Assembly: GCA_020849825.1 (NCBI GenBank)
Contig: JADZFP010000296.1
Location: forward strand, 1 to 34,247
DNA: 34,247 bases
Direction: 5' to 3'
DNA from: Saprospiraceae bacterium
GTDB taxonomy: Bacteria > Bacteroidota > Bacteroidia > Chitinophagales > Saprospiraceae
Shown here: one piece after another, positions 24,448 through 34,152 of the stretch
Layout: every line of letters begins with the position of its first letter
How positions within the stretch are numbered: the first letter of the stretch is position 1
Program-made: the position numbers and the translations under genes
Notes under the pieces: model-generated
Told to the model about the DNA's origin: nothing
The model's database searches: none
The model's input: the letters and a program-made list of their open reading frames with translations, nothing else

Positions 24448-27400
24448 ATGTTGAGCCACCCAAACCTTACGCCGGCCCGCCGCCGGGTTTCGCTGTTGCC
24501 CAAACGGGCGCAGCGGATGCTGTGCGGCCTGTTATTGTGCTTATTTGGCGCTGCTGACCTGTCTGCGCAATGGACCAACTGGCGTACCCAAACTGTCGAC
24601 GCTTCCCTGCCCGAACAGGTTCTGGATACCCTGAGCCTGCTGCCACCCCTGCTCGGCGCCCAGGATTCCGTCAGTGGCCAGTCGCTGGATGCGCGCTTTT
24701 TTACCCTGCAAAATAACCGCCTGCTGATCGACACGGCCGCTTTGCAAGCCGCTCACCCGGGCTGCTCCCGCCTCACGCTGAGCTACCGCGTTTTGCCCTA
24801 CAACCTGGCCGCTCCTTTCCGCCGCCTCGATACGCTGGCCATTCGACGCCCCGGCGCGCCCGAAGACGATATCCGGTACGATTATTCGCCCTATACGCCT
24901 TCCAAAAACATCTGGGAAACCAACAGCCTGCGCTCCAACGGCGCCTATGTGCGCGGTCTCTCCTTCGGCAACAACCAGAACCTGGTATTCAACTCCAACC
25001 TCACCCTGCAACTCGATGGGCGCCTGGGCAACGATCTCGAACTGAGCGCTGCCCTCTCCGACAATTCCATTCCACTGCAACCCGACGGCACCACCCGCCA
25101 GTTGCAGGAGTTCGACCGGATTTATATCCAGTTGCGCCGCAAAAACACGGCGCTTACCGCCGGCGACTACGACCTGACCCGGCCCCAGGGCTATTTTTCC
25201 AATTATTTCAAACGCCTGCAAGGGGGTATGATCAATGGCTTGGAGCGCTTGCCGGGCCGCGATACCCTGACTTACCGCGCCGCAGCAGCCGTGTCGAGGG
25301 GCAAATTTGCCCGGCAAATCATCCAGGGACAAGAAGGTAATCAGGGCCCCTATCGCCTGCAAGGGGCGGAAGGCGAGCGGTTTATCATTGTGCTGGCTGG
25401 CACGGAGAAAGTGTATATCGACGGTCAGCTGCTGCGCCGGGGGCTCGACGACGACTACATTATCGACTACAATCTGGGAGAAGTGAGTTTCACCCCGCGC
25501 CGCCTGATTACCAAAGACAGCCGCATTATTGTCGAGTTTGAATACGCCGTGCAGGCCTACCTGCGCGCCACCATGGCCGGCAACGTAGAGTGGCGGCAAG
25601 CCCGCGGACGTACTTACCTGAATGTTTACTCCGAACAGGACAGCCGCAACAGCGGTGGCGCGCAGGACCTTTCGCCGGAAGAGCGCAGCCGGCTGGCCCA
25701 GGTGGGCGACGATTTGTCGGAAGCGTTTGCATCCGGTGTGGATACGCTGAGCGACTACGACCCCGCCCGCGTGCAATACAAAGCCCTGGATACCCTGATC
25801 TGCGGTGTTCTGCAAACCATTTTAGTGTATTCGGTGAATGCCGACAGCGCGCGATACGCGGCGCGATTTACCGAGGTGCCGCAGGGGCAGGGGCGCTATG
25901 TACAGGCTTTTACCGCCGCTAACGGGCGGGTTTTTCGCTGGGCGGGTTTTGACCCGAATACCTGCCAGCCATTGGGCAATTTTGAGCCGGTGGTGAAACT
26001 GATCGCGCCCGAGGGGCGGCAATTGTTTGCCCTGGGCTCGGAATACCGGCTCGGCGCCCGCACCCAGTTGAGCGCTGAAACTGCTCTAAGCCGCCTGGAT
26101 CTCAACCGTTTTTCGCCACTCGACAGCCGCGACGACGCCGACGTGGCCGTTTTTGCCGGTATTCGCCATGTGCTGGTGCCGGACAAAAAAGGCTGGCAGA
26201 TGCAGCTGCGCGGCAATTACGAACGCACTGGTACATATTTTACGCCGTTAAATCCCTACCGCCCCGCCGAATTTATCCGCGACTGGAACCTCGGCGCCAA
26301 TGAAACCAAAACAGCGGAACAACTGGCAAGAGCGGAATTATTGACCCAAAAAAAGGGATGGGGGAGTGCCCGCTACGAATTCGGGTCGTTTACAAGAAGA
26401 GGGTTGTACGACGGGCAAAGGCATTTTGCCCAGACCCGGCTAAGCCGCGGCGGCTTTGAATTTTTCGGAGAAATAAATGCCCTGCACACCGCTTCGTCGC
26501 TGGATGATACTCGGTTTTCGCGACCCAAATTTGATTTTTCCAAAACCCTTTTTACCCGAAAAGACAGTCTCAGCCGCGTACCGTTCATCAAAATAGGGGT
26601 GTACGGCGAGCGCGAAAAAAACGAACGCCGCTCAACGGGCAACGATACGCTGACCCAGGCCAGTTTCTGGTACGATCTCGGCCGTTTGTACATTCAAATG
26701 CCCGAAGGCAGCGGCCCCTTGCAACTCGGCGCCAGCCTGACCCACCGCTCCGATTTTGCCCCGATGGGCGCGCTTTTTCGCCAAAATACCGCCGCCGACG
26801 AAATCAACTTCAACGGTCGCTGGCAACCCGCCGGCGCCTTGCCGGTTCGCAGCATAAGCCAGTCGGTATCGTGGAACCTGAGCTGGCGCCAGTTGCGCAT
26901 CATCGAGCCCGAACTGACCAACCAGGAAGCGCAAAACACGTACCTCGGGCGGGTCGATTACACCCTGAGCGCCTGGAAAAATGCCCTCAACCTGACGACC
27001 GGTTATGAGATCAGTTCGGGGCAAAGTCCACGCCTGGAGTTCAGTTACGTCAAGGTCAATCCCGGCGAAGGGCAATACACCTGGGTTGATCGTAACCGCG
27101 ACAGCATTTTGCAGGTAGACGAGATGGAAATTGCCGTGTTTCAGGATCAGGCAACTTACGTACGGGTGGCGGTGAGCACGACCGATTACATCCGGACCGA
27201 CAACGTCGTGTTTAACCAAAACCTGCGTTTCGAACCCCGCGTGTTGTGGGCCGGCGCCAAACGCGGCTGGCGGCGTGTGGGCCGGCGCTTGTCGACCCAA
27301 AGCACCCTGCAGATCAACCGCCGGGTTTATTCCGGCATAGAAGGCATATCGCCCTGGAATCCGTTCGACTTGTCTATCGCCGATACGGCCCTGGTGACGG

Positions 27401-28074
27401 TCTCTTCCACCGTGCGCAACGTGTTGTTTTTCAATCGGGCCGACCCTGCCTGGGATGCTTCGCTGGCCCAGGGCGACAGCCGGAGCCGTGTGGCGCTGAC
27501 CACCGGATTTGAAAGCCGCCGTGTGGCCGACTGGACCTTGCACGGTCGGCTCAATCTGGGTCGTCGGTGGAGTGTGGAGGCAGACGTGGCATTGAATCAA
27601 AAGGCTTCGGACAACGAAGTGTTTGCCAGCCGCGACTACCGCGTGTCGGGCTGGCAGGCGGGTCCCAAAGTGAACTGGCTTCCCCAGCGCAGTTTGCGAC
27701 TTTCCCTCGTGTTTTCGGGGCAAAATCTGGCCAACAGCCTGCCTTCGGGCGAAAATGCCACGCAGACCGACTGGAACCTCGAACTTACCTGGAACCCGGC
27801 CGGACAACCCAATGCTGCCGGTTTTCGGCCTGCCACCTCGCTGCGCGCCCGCGCGACCTACGCCGACGTGCGTTATACCGGCCAGCCCAATACGCCCGTT
27901 GCCTATGCCATGCTGGAAGGGCTGCAAAACGGCCGCAATTATTTGTGGGGCCTGACCCTCGACCGCCAGTTGTCGAAATCCCTGCAACTCAACCTGAGTT
28001 ACGAAGGGCGGAAGACCGGCGAGTTCGGCCGTTTGGTACACGTGGGGCGGGCGCAGGTGCGGGCGGTGTTCTGA
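24448..28074 (+). CDS. Large predicted outer-membrane beta-barrel protein, function unknown
   Basis: 1208 aa. Signal-like LCGLLLCLFGAADLSAQ. Long run of alternating-pattern strands. C-terminus ...GRAQVRAVF ends in an aromatic residue, typical of OMPs. The start is ambiguous (ATG 24448 or ATG 24517). Confidence 0.6.
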   Translation: MLSHPNLTPARRRVSLLPKRAQRMLCGLLLCLFGAADLSAQWTNWRTQTVDASLPEQVLDTLSLLPPLLGAQDSVSGQSLDARFFTLQNNRLLIDTAALQAAHPGCSRLTLSYRVLPYNLAAPFRRLDTLAIRRPGAPEDDIRYDYSPYTPSKNIWETNSLRSNGAYVRGLSFGNNQNLVFNSNLTLQLDGRLGNDLELSAALSDNSIPLQPDGTTRQLQEFDRIYIQLRRKNTALTAGDYDLTRPQGYFSNYFKRLQGGMINGLERLPGRDTLTYRAAAAVSRGKFARQIIQGQEGNQGPYRLQGAEGERFIIVLAGTEKVYIDGQLLRRGLDDDYIIDYNLGEVSFTPRRLITKDSRIIVEFEYAVQAYLRATMAGNVEWRQARGRTYLNVYSEQDSRNSGGAQDLSPEERSRLAQVGDDLSEAFASGVDTLSDYDPARVQYKALDTLICGVLQTILVYSVNADSARYAARFTEVPQGQGRYVQAFTAANGRVFRWAGFDPNTCQPLGNFEPVVKLIAPEGRQLFALGSEYRLGARTQLSAETALSRLDLNRFSPLDSRDDADVAVFAGIRHVLVPDKKGWQMQLRGNYERTGTYFTPLNPYRPAEFIRDWNLGANETKTAEQLARAELLTQKKGWGSARYEFGSFTRRGLYDGQRHFAQTRLSRGGFEFFGEINALHTASSLDDTRFSRPKFDFSKTLFTRKDSLSRVPFIKIGVYGEREKNERRSTGNDTLTQASFWYDLGRLYIQMPEGSGPLQLGASLTHRSDFAPMGALFRQNTAADEINFNGRWQPAGALPVRSISQSVSWNLSWRQLRIIEPELTNQEAQNTYLGRVDYTLSAWKNALNLTTGYEISSGQSPRLEFSYVKVNPGEGQYTWVDRNRDSILQVDEMEIAVFQDQATYVRVAVSTTDYIRTDNVVFNQNLRFEPRVLWAGAKRGWRRVGRRLSTQSTLQINRRVYSGIEGISPWNPFDLSIADTALVTVSSTVRNVLFFNRADPAWDASLAQGDSRSRVALTTGFESRRVADWTLHGRLNLGRRWSVEADVALNQKASDNEVFASRDYRVSGWQAGPKVNWLPQRSLRLSLVFSGQNLANSLPSGENATQTDWNLELTWNPAGQPNAAGFRPATSLRARATYADVRYTGQPNTPVAYAMLEGLQNGRNYLWGLTLDRQLSKSLQLNLSYEGRKTGEFGRLVHVGRAQVRAVF

Positions 28075-28175
28075 TCAAAAATCTCTTACTTTTGCACACA
28101 ACCCAGTTGCGGAAAGGGCGTTTGTAGAGATCGACAGGATACCGGGCGCTTTTCCGACCTTGTTGTACGCCATTT

Positions 28176-30035
28176 ATGAAAGAAACCAAGTTCATCGAAC
28201 AGAATAAGGACAAATGGGCCGAATTCGAGTCGTTGCTGGCCAGCAATCAGCGCGATCCCGAGCGGCTCAACGACCTGTTTATTAAAATCACGGACGATCT
28301 TTCCTACGCCCGCACCTTTTACCCCAACCGCTCGGTGCGGATGTACCTGAACAGTCTGGCCCAACGGGTATTTCACAATGTGTACCGGGGCAAACGTATG
28401 CCCGCCGGCCGCTTGCGCCGGTTCTGGGCGCTGGATTTGCCGCAGGTCATGTGGGAGGCGCGCTGGGCGTTGTTGCTGGCGTTCAGCATTTTCGTGCTGG
28501 CATTTACCATCGGGGTGGTTTCGAGTATCCTGAATCCCGACTTTGCGCGGGTGGTATTGAGCGACGAGTACGTGGAAATGACGCTGGCCAATATCGAAAA
28601 CAACGATCCCATGGCCGTGTATAAAGACAGCGGGCCCCTGGGGATGTCGGTCGGCATTGCGGCCAATAACCTGTTCGTGGCGTTGCGGACGGCCATTTTC
28701 GGGGTGCTGGCTTCGATCGGGACGGTATTCATGTTGTTGTACAACGGAATCATGGTTGGGGCATTTCAGTATTTTTTTATCGAACGCGGGCTGTTTTGGG
28801 AGTCTTTTTTGACCATTTGGATACACGGCACCCTCGAAATCAGCGCGATTATCATCGCGGGCGCCGCGGGCCTGGTGGCCGGTTCGGGTTTGTTGTTTCC
28901 CGGCACGTACCGGCGGGTGCAGGCATTTCAGATTTCCATGCGAAGGGGTTTGAAGATTTTTATCGGGCTCGTCCCGGTGTTTATCCTCGCGGCCATTTTT
29001 GAAGGTTTTTTGACCCGTTACACCCAAACGCCCGATGTGATCAGGGGGCTGTTTATACTGTGTTCCCTGTTTTTCGTGCTCTGGTATTTTGTTTGGCTGC
29101 CCTGGCACCTGGCCCGCCGCGGGGCATTTGACGGAAAAGAGCAGGGCAAGGAATTGCCCCCTGACCGTGCGGATGCCATTGATTTTAAGACCATTAAGAA
29201 TGCGGGCGAGATTTTGTCCGACACCTTTACGATGTTGCGCCGCCACCCTCGTACAACCTTGTTCGGGCTGCTGGGCGCAACGGTTTTGTTGCTGATCCCC
29301 GCTTTTGTGCTGTCGCCTGCACAACCGGCCGATACTTTTTCCTTTACGGGATCGTGGCTGGGCGTGCTCGACGGCGTAGACAATATGATGGGCACCGAAG
29401 AAATGCCCTGGCTGTTTTATGCGCAAATAATTGTTTTCGTGCTGATTGCGTCGGCTGCTTTCCGGGCTGCAAGGCAGGAGATGCCGGACGACATCAGAGA
29501 AGTATACGGTTCGGGCAATCTTTTGCTCAGCACCCTGGTATTAATCATCCCCATGCCTTTTTTCCTTTGGGTGTTTCGGCTCGACGCAAATATGATGACC
29601 TGGTTGCTCATCTGGTTTACCTATCCGTTTTTGGCGCTTTGGTGCGCTGTGCTGATGTTTGAGACACAAAATCCGTTTACGGCTCTGGGGCGCACTTTTT
29701 CCCTGATCCGTTGGGGAGAAGCCATATTGCTGGGTTTTTTGGTCAGCAGTTTAGGGGTGTTGTTGTATTGGTTTCTCGACTCGGAAATCTGGGATCTCAT
29801 ACTCCGGTTTTTCAGCTGGATGGTGCCTTCGGGGGAGGGGAATATGCGAAATTTCGTGACGATCGCTACCGCTATTGCGGCCAGCATCGTGACCTACTTC
29901 ATGTTTCTGACACTCATTCTGGGCGGTGTTTTGCAGTATTTTTCCGGCCGGGAAGTAGCAGATGCAGCCCAGTTGCGGGAAGGCATTGAAAAAATTGGTA
30001 CAGTCCGGCAAATCCGGGGGCTGGCGCGTGAGTGA
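28176..30035 (+). CDS. Membrane protein with an N-terminal SpoIIM/DUF95-like domain and an extra C-terminal polytopic half
   Basis: 619 aa. The first roughly 320 aa match my memory of stage II sporulation protein M-like proteins (HGTLEISAIIIAGAAG...IFEGFLTRY). Residues from about 330 to 619 add several more predicted TM helices. Confidence 0.7.
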   Translation: MKETKFIEQNKDKWAEFESLLASNQRDPERLNDLFIKITDDLSYARTFYPNRSVRMYLNSLAQRVFHNVYRGKRMPAGRLRRFWALDLPQVMWEARWALLLAFSIFVLAFTIGVVSSILNPDFARVVLSDEYVEMTLANIENNDPMAVYKDSGPLGMSVGIAANNLFVALRTAIFGVLASIGTVFMLLYNGIMVGAFQYFFIERGLFWESFLTIWIHGTLEISAIIIAGAAGLVAGSGLLFPGTYRRVQAFQISMRRGLKIFIGLVPVFILAAIFEGFLTRYTQTPDVIRGLFILCSLFFVLWYFVWLPWHLARRGAFDGKEQGKELPPDRADAIDFKTIKNAGEILSDTFTMLRRHPRTTLFGLLGATVLLLIPAFVLSPAQPADTFSFTGSWLGVLDGVDNMMGTEEMPWLFYAQIIVFVLIASAAFRAARQEMPDDIREVYGSGNLLLSTLVLIIPMPFFLWVFRLDANMMTWLLIWFTYPFLALWCAVLMFETQNPFTALGRTFSLIRWGEAILLGFLVSSLGVLLYWFLDSEIWDLILRFFSWMVPSGEGNMRNFVTIATAIAASIVTYFMFLTLILGGVLQYFSGREVADAAQLREGIEKIGTVRQIRGLARE

Positions 30036-30067
30036 TTTGGTTTCGATATAATTTTGACAGATCCGAC

Positions 30068-30772
30068 ATGATGTACAGGAAAATAATATTGCTCTTGTTG
30101 TTTGGCTGGCTGGCGGTGTCGTCCGTTTCGGCCCAGGAGGAAAATGCAATACCGCAAGCCCAGGCTCCAACGGCGGTCAGGCCAGTCGACGAGACGAAAT
30201 GGGCGGATGCAACCCGTTCGCTGGACTACAGCGACGACCGCTACAAGGAAAGACAGCGCAAGCCGCGGAATTTGCCGACCAATACCGGTCCTTCGGGGCG
30301 CGACTGGACTTTGAATACGGGCCTTTGGGGCAATGTTTTGCAGACCATTGCCATCATTCTGGCCGTACTGGCCATTGCTTTCGGGATTTATAAAATGATG
30401 CAACAGCCTCGCAACAAGGCCATTGCGCGCGACGGAGTTGAAATTACCTTCGACAATCTGGAAGACTACCTGCACGAAACCGATCTCGACCGCTTTTTGA
30501 AACAAGCCCTGGCCGACCAAAACTACGCCCTTGCGATCCGGGTCTATTATTTACAAATTATCAAAGACCTCTCCGCCAAAAACGCCATCCATTGGTCGAG
30601 GGAAAAAACCAACCGCGACTACCTGCGCGAAATGCGCCAACACCCCAAGGCAAGCGCTTTTCGTGACGCCACCCAGACCTTCGAACGGGTATGGTACGGC
30701 AACGTAAACCTTACGGCCGATACTTACCGTCAGATCGAGCCGCGGTTCAGGCAATTATTGTCCAACCTTTGA
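30068..30772 (+). CDS. DUF4129-like membrane-anchored protein
   Basis: The internal ATG 30068 gives MMYRKIILLLLFGWLAVSSVSAQ. There is a mid-protein TM segment (LQTIAIILAVLAIAFGIY). The C-terminal ...REKTNRDYLREM...FERVWYGN pattern recalls DUF4129. Confidence 0.6.
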   Translation: MMYRKIILLLLFGWLAVSSVSAQEENAIPQAQAPTAVRPVDETKWADATRSLDYSDDRYKERQRKPRNLPTNTGPSGRDWTLNTGLWGNVLQTIAIILAVLAIAFGIYKMMQQPRNKAIARDGVEITFDNLEDYLHETDLDRFLKQALADQNYALAIRVYYLQIIKDLSAKNAIHWSREKTNRDYLREMRQHPKASAFRDATQTFERVWYGNVNLTADTYRQIEPRFRQLLSNL

Positions 30773-30800
30773 ATGCCGCCCTCCGGGCCCATTTACCGAC

Positions 30801-31928
30801 GTGCATCTTTACCTCCACATTCCTTTTTGCAAAAAGGCCTGCCATTATTGCAACTTTCATTTTTCCACCTCCATGCGGTTGAAAGATGCCATGCTGGATG
30901 CCCTGGTGCTCGAACTGGATATGCAACGCGATTACCTCGACGGCGCCGAACTCACCACCGTGTATTTCGGTGGCGGCACGCCCTCTCAACTGCCAGTCGG
31001 CGACCTGGTGCGGATTTTTGAACAAATCAGCCGGCTGCACCGCGTAGCCCCCGATGCGGAGATCACCCTCGAAGCCAACCCCGACGACCTCTCCGCAGCG
31101 TATCTGGCCGACCTGCGCCGCTACACGCCCGTCAACCGGCTGAGCATCGGAATACAGTCGTTCAGCGATGCCGATTTGCAGTGGATGAACCGCGCACACT
31201 CCGCCGAACACGCCCGCACCTGCCTGGAAGCCGCACACGCTGCGGGCTTTGACCAGCTGACTGTCGATCTGATTTATGGCGCGCCGACTACATCCGATGC
31301 GCAATGGGCGGAAAATCTGCGCATTGTTTTTGAACACGGCGTGCCGCACTTGTCGTGCTATTGCCTTACGGTGGAGGAGGGTACGGCCCTGGGCAACTGG
31401 GTGGCGAAAGGTAAAGCGCCCGCGGTGGACGAGGAGAAAGCCGCCGGGCAATTCGATTTTCTGCTGGAAGCAAGCGCTGGTGCGGGTTACGAACAGTACG
31501 AGATTTCAAATTTTGCCCGCCCGGGGCATTATTCCCGGCACAACAGCAGTTACTGGCAGGGGGAGCCCTACCTCGGTATCGGGCCGTCGGCGCACTCGTT
31601 CAAAGACATGACGCGACAATGGAACGCAGCCAATAATGCCTTGTACATCAAGGCATTGGAAGCCGGTCAAATACCGTTCGAATCGGAGGTACTCCGTCCG
31701 GAACAGCGTTATAACGAATTGGTAATGACCGGTTTGCGCACCAGTTGGGGGCTCGATACAGCGAATCTGGACCGTCTTGGCCCCGAATTCAGACCCTATT
31801 TCGAACGCCAGGCGATACCGTATTTGGCGTCGGGCGCCTTGTTGAAAAAAGGCACGGTCTATTATTTGAGCGCGGCCGGAAAATTCCTGGCCGATGGAAT
31901 TGCCGCTTCCTTGTTTTGGGATAAATAG
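30801..31928 (+). CDS. hemW: Radical-SAM heme chaperone HemW (oxygen-independent coproporphyrinogen-III oxidase-like)
   Basis: 375 aa, GTG start. LYLHIPFCKKACHYCNF is the CxxxCxxC radical-SAM motif. A HemN C-terminal-like region follows. Confidence 0.85.
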   Translation: MHLYLHIPFCKKACHYCNFHFSTSMRLKDAMLDALVLELDMQRDYLDGAELTTVYFGGGTPSQLPVGDLVRIFEQISRLHRVAPDAEITLEANPDDLSAAYLADLRRYTPVNRLSIGIQSFSDADLQWMNRAHSAEHARTCLEAAHAAGFDQLTVDLIYGAPTTSDAQWAENLRIVFEHGVPHLSCYCLTVEEGTALGNWVAKGKAPAVDEEKAAGQFDFLLEASAGAGYEQYEISNFARPGHYSRHNSSYWQGEPYLGIGPSAHSFKDMTRQWNAANNALYIKALEAGQIPFESEVLRPEQRYNELVMTGLRTSWGLDTANLDRLGPEFRPYFERQAIPYLASGALLKKGTVYYLSAAGKFLADGIAASLFWDK

Positions 31929-31974
31929 CCGAATTTTTACCTTGGGGCGCAATTCAAAACAAAATTTCAAGCTT

Positions 31975-32298
31975 ATGTGGAAAGATTTTAAAGCATTTAT
32001 GCTCCGCGGAGACGTCCTGGCACTTGCCATCGCTGTCATTATTGGCGGCGCCTTTCAAAAGATCGTGGACTCGCTGGTGACGGACGTCATCACCCCAATC
32101 ATCGGTATGATCGGCGGGAATCCCGATTTTTCCAGTATCGTCATCGGCGGTAAAGTTGACCCGGCCGATCCGAGCAAGGTAGTCGGCGGAATCATGGTAG
32201 GGAATGTCCTCAATGCCGTGATTAGTTTCATCACCATCGGCTTCGTGCTGTTCATGCTGGTGCGCGCCGCTGGCAAAAAAGGAGAAGACATCAAGTAA
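31975..32298 (+). CDS. mscL: Large-conductance mechanosensitive channel
   Basis: The internal ATG 31975 gives MWKDFKAFMLRGDVLALAIAVIIGGAFQKIVDSLVTDVITPIIG, the canonical MscL N-terminus (107 aa). Confidence 0.92.
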   Translation: MWKDFKAFMLRGDVLALAIAVIIGGAFQKIVDSLVTDVITPIIGMIGGNPDFSSIVIGGKVDPADPSKVVGGIMVGNVLNAVISFITIGFVLFMLVRAAGKKGEDIK

Positions 32299-32334
32299 AT
32301 TCGACCCATTAGACCAATATTACCTGTCGAGTGA

Positions 32335-32368
32335 GGCGCCGGTATCATACCGGCGCCTTCATTGTTTT
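32335..32368 (+). terminator. Rho-independent terminator after mscL
   Basis: A perfect 10-bp stem GGCGCCGGTA / TACCGGCGCC with a 3-nt loop, then TTCATTGTTTT. Confidence 0.8.
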
Positions 32369-32427
32369 AAAGAATGCAGAGTAGGGTATTTTTGGCCCTA
32401 AATTTGACCCGTTTACGAACTTACGTT

Positions 32428-34152
32428 ATGAAGAAACTACTGTTTGCCACGCTGCTCCTGCTGAGCGGCGCATCCGTTTTTGCCCAGACCAAAGCCGAAC
32501 GCGACCTTGAAACCGCCGTGCGGAAATACAACGCCATGCGCGATTTTGCGGGATCGTTGAAGCCGTCTACCGTGACCGATGCGGACATTACCAGCATCAG
32601 CAACAGCGTGGAGGAAGGATTGACCCTGCTTGATCCGATCATCAAAACGGAAAGCGGCCAGATCGCCGACGTAGCCCGGTATTTCAGGGCCAACTACCTG
32701 TATCAGAAGGGATTTACGCTGGGGATGAAAGGTCGTATGACCGAAGCGTTCGATCTCCTGCGTTCGATTGATTCCGATATCAATGGTTTTACAAGCAGCC
32801 GTTTCCCTTTGCGGTACGTATTTGAGGGGCGCAATTTTATCATCAAATGGGAAAACTTCGCACCCACGCAGGCCGAGTACAACGTCTCCATGACGGAGTT
32901 TTACTTCGGTAAAAAAGATTTTACCAACGCCCTGGCTTATGCTGCCAAAGCGAATGAAAACAGCTCCTATTTGTCTGATTATCTGCGCACAATCAATAAT
33001 TACTGGATTGTGCAAATGAAATCCGAGCGCGGAGAAAAAGACCCCGTAGCGCTCGAAGCCAGCCTTGTGTCGCTGGAAAGTTACGGTGCGCTGGATGCCG
33101 ACGAACGCCAGGGCGGCGGAAGCGACCTGGTCAAAATACTCGATCGCTCGCCCGAAATGCTCGACAACGTACTGACCGCACGACCCGACCTGGTTGCCGG
33201 CGGCACGCCTTACGCGCGCGCAGCACGGGTATTGAAGGCAGAAGGCAGGGGAGAGCAATATCGCGGCTATGCCGCCAAGGCGATCCGGGCGGGTTATCGC
33301 GACCGGGAGTTTCTGAACCAGTCGCTCAACGACGCTGCGACGGCAAAAGACCGCCCGCTGGGGCTATTGGCCGCCGAAGCCCTCGGCGGTATGACCGCGG
33401 CCGACGACTGTGCAGGACTTGCCCGTCTGGCCGATCAGTATGAACTGATTGGAGAACGGACCAGGGCAGCCGACATTCGCGCCAAATCCAATGCCTGCTT
33501 TCGCAAACAAAAGAAAGCGCAAGTGCGCGCCTCGCGCGATTTCGGTCTGTACCTCGGCAGTTATGTTTTTCCGCTGTTTCGCCGCGATTGGGGCGCGGTG
33601 ATGGGCATCCAGACCCGAAAAGTATACATCGAGGCTTCCTATCAGCGCGCCAACAACAACCGCGACCGGCTCTGGGACCTCCGTTTCAGCGAAGTTGACA
33701 ATGCCGAAGACGAAAAGGTGTACTGGAATGGCTATTACTCCCACCTGGCGATTAACTGGATTTCCAAAGACAGCCGCCGCGGCTTCCGGCCCTATACAGG
33801 AGTGCTGCTGGGGTACAATCATCGCGAATTCGATGCCGTCGATACTGATGTTTTTAACCGGGAAACGAATCTTTATCTCGGCCGGCAGCGATTTGAGCCC
33901 GTTCAGGAGAGTTATATATTAATGCTGAATCTCGGCGCGCACAGCTATGGCAAACTGCTGGCTGCCGACTTGTATGCCAGTATCGGCGCCACGTACAATA
34001 TGTTTGAGCGGGGCAACGAGGCGTTCAACGACAGCGATACTTTCCTGTATGAAAACCTGTTGCTCGAAAACCGGAAGGAAAACCGTGTTGCTTTTATTGC
34101 CAGGGTAGGTTTGACGATAGGCTTGCAGTTCGGAAGCAATAACAGGCGATAA
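32428..34152 (+). CDS. Secreted protein with a helical (TPR-like?) N-terminal half and a beta-barrel-like C-terminal third, function unknown
   Basis: The internal ATG 32428 gives MKKLLFATLLLLSGASVFAQ (574 aa). The C-terminal region shows alternating hydrophobic strands (YLGSYVF, VYIEASYQ, YYSHLAINW, TGVLLGYN, LMLNLGAH, LYASIGATY, RVGLTIGLQFG). Confidence 0.55.
   Translation: MKKLLFATLLLLSGASVFAQTKAERDLETAVRKYNAMRDFAGSLKPSTVTDADITSISNSVEEGLTLLDPIIKTESGQIADVARYFRANYLYQKGFTLGMKGRMTEAFDLLRSIDSDINGFTSSRFPLRYVFEGRNFIIKWENFAPTQAEYNVSMTEFYFGKKDFTNALAYAAKANENSSYLSDYLRTINNYWIVQMKSERGEKDPVALEASLVSLESYGALDADERQGGGSDLVKILDRSPEMLDNVLTARPDLVAGGTPYARAARVLKAEGRGEQYRGYAAKAIRAGYRDREFLNQSLNDAATAKDRPLGLLAAEALGGMTAADDCAGLARLADQYELIGERTRAADIRAKSNACFRKQKKAQVRASRDFGLYLGSYVFPLFRRDWGAVMGIQTRKVYIEASYQRANNNRDRLWDLRFSEVDNAEDEKVYWNGYYSHLAINWISKDSRRGFRPYTGVLLGYNHREFDAVDTDVFNRETNLYLGRQRFEPVQESYILMLNLGAHSYGKLLAADLYASIGATYNMFERGNEAFNDSDTFLYENLLLENRKENRVAFIARVGLTIGLQFGSNNRR

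Noticed and set aside
24541-29426. Three long minus-strand ORFs (24541..25815 at 424 aa, 26632..28041 at 469 aa, 28086..29426 at 446 aa).
   Set aside because: Each is antisense to a + strand gene with a signal peptide, TM helices or recognisable motifs. Their translations are Arg/Gly/Ala/Gln-rich with no recognisable domains, signal or start context, so they are shadow ORFs.
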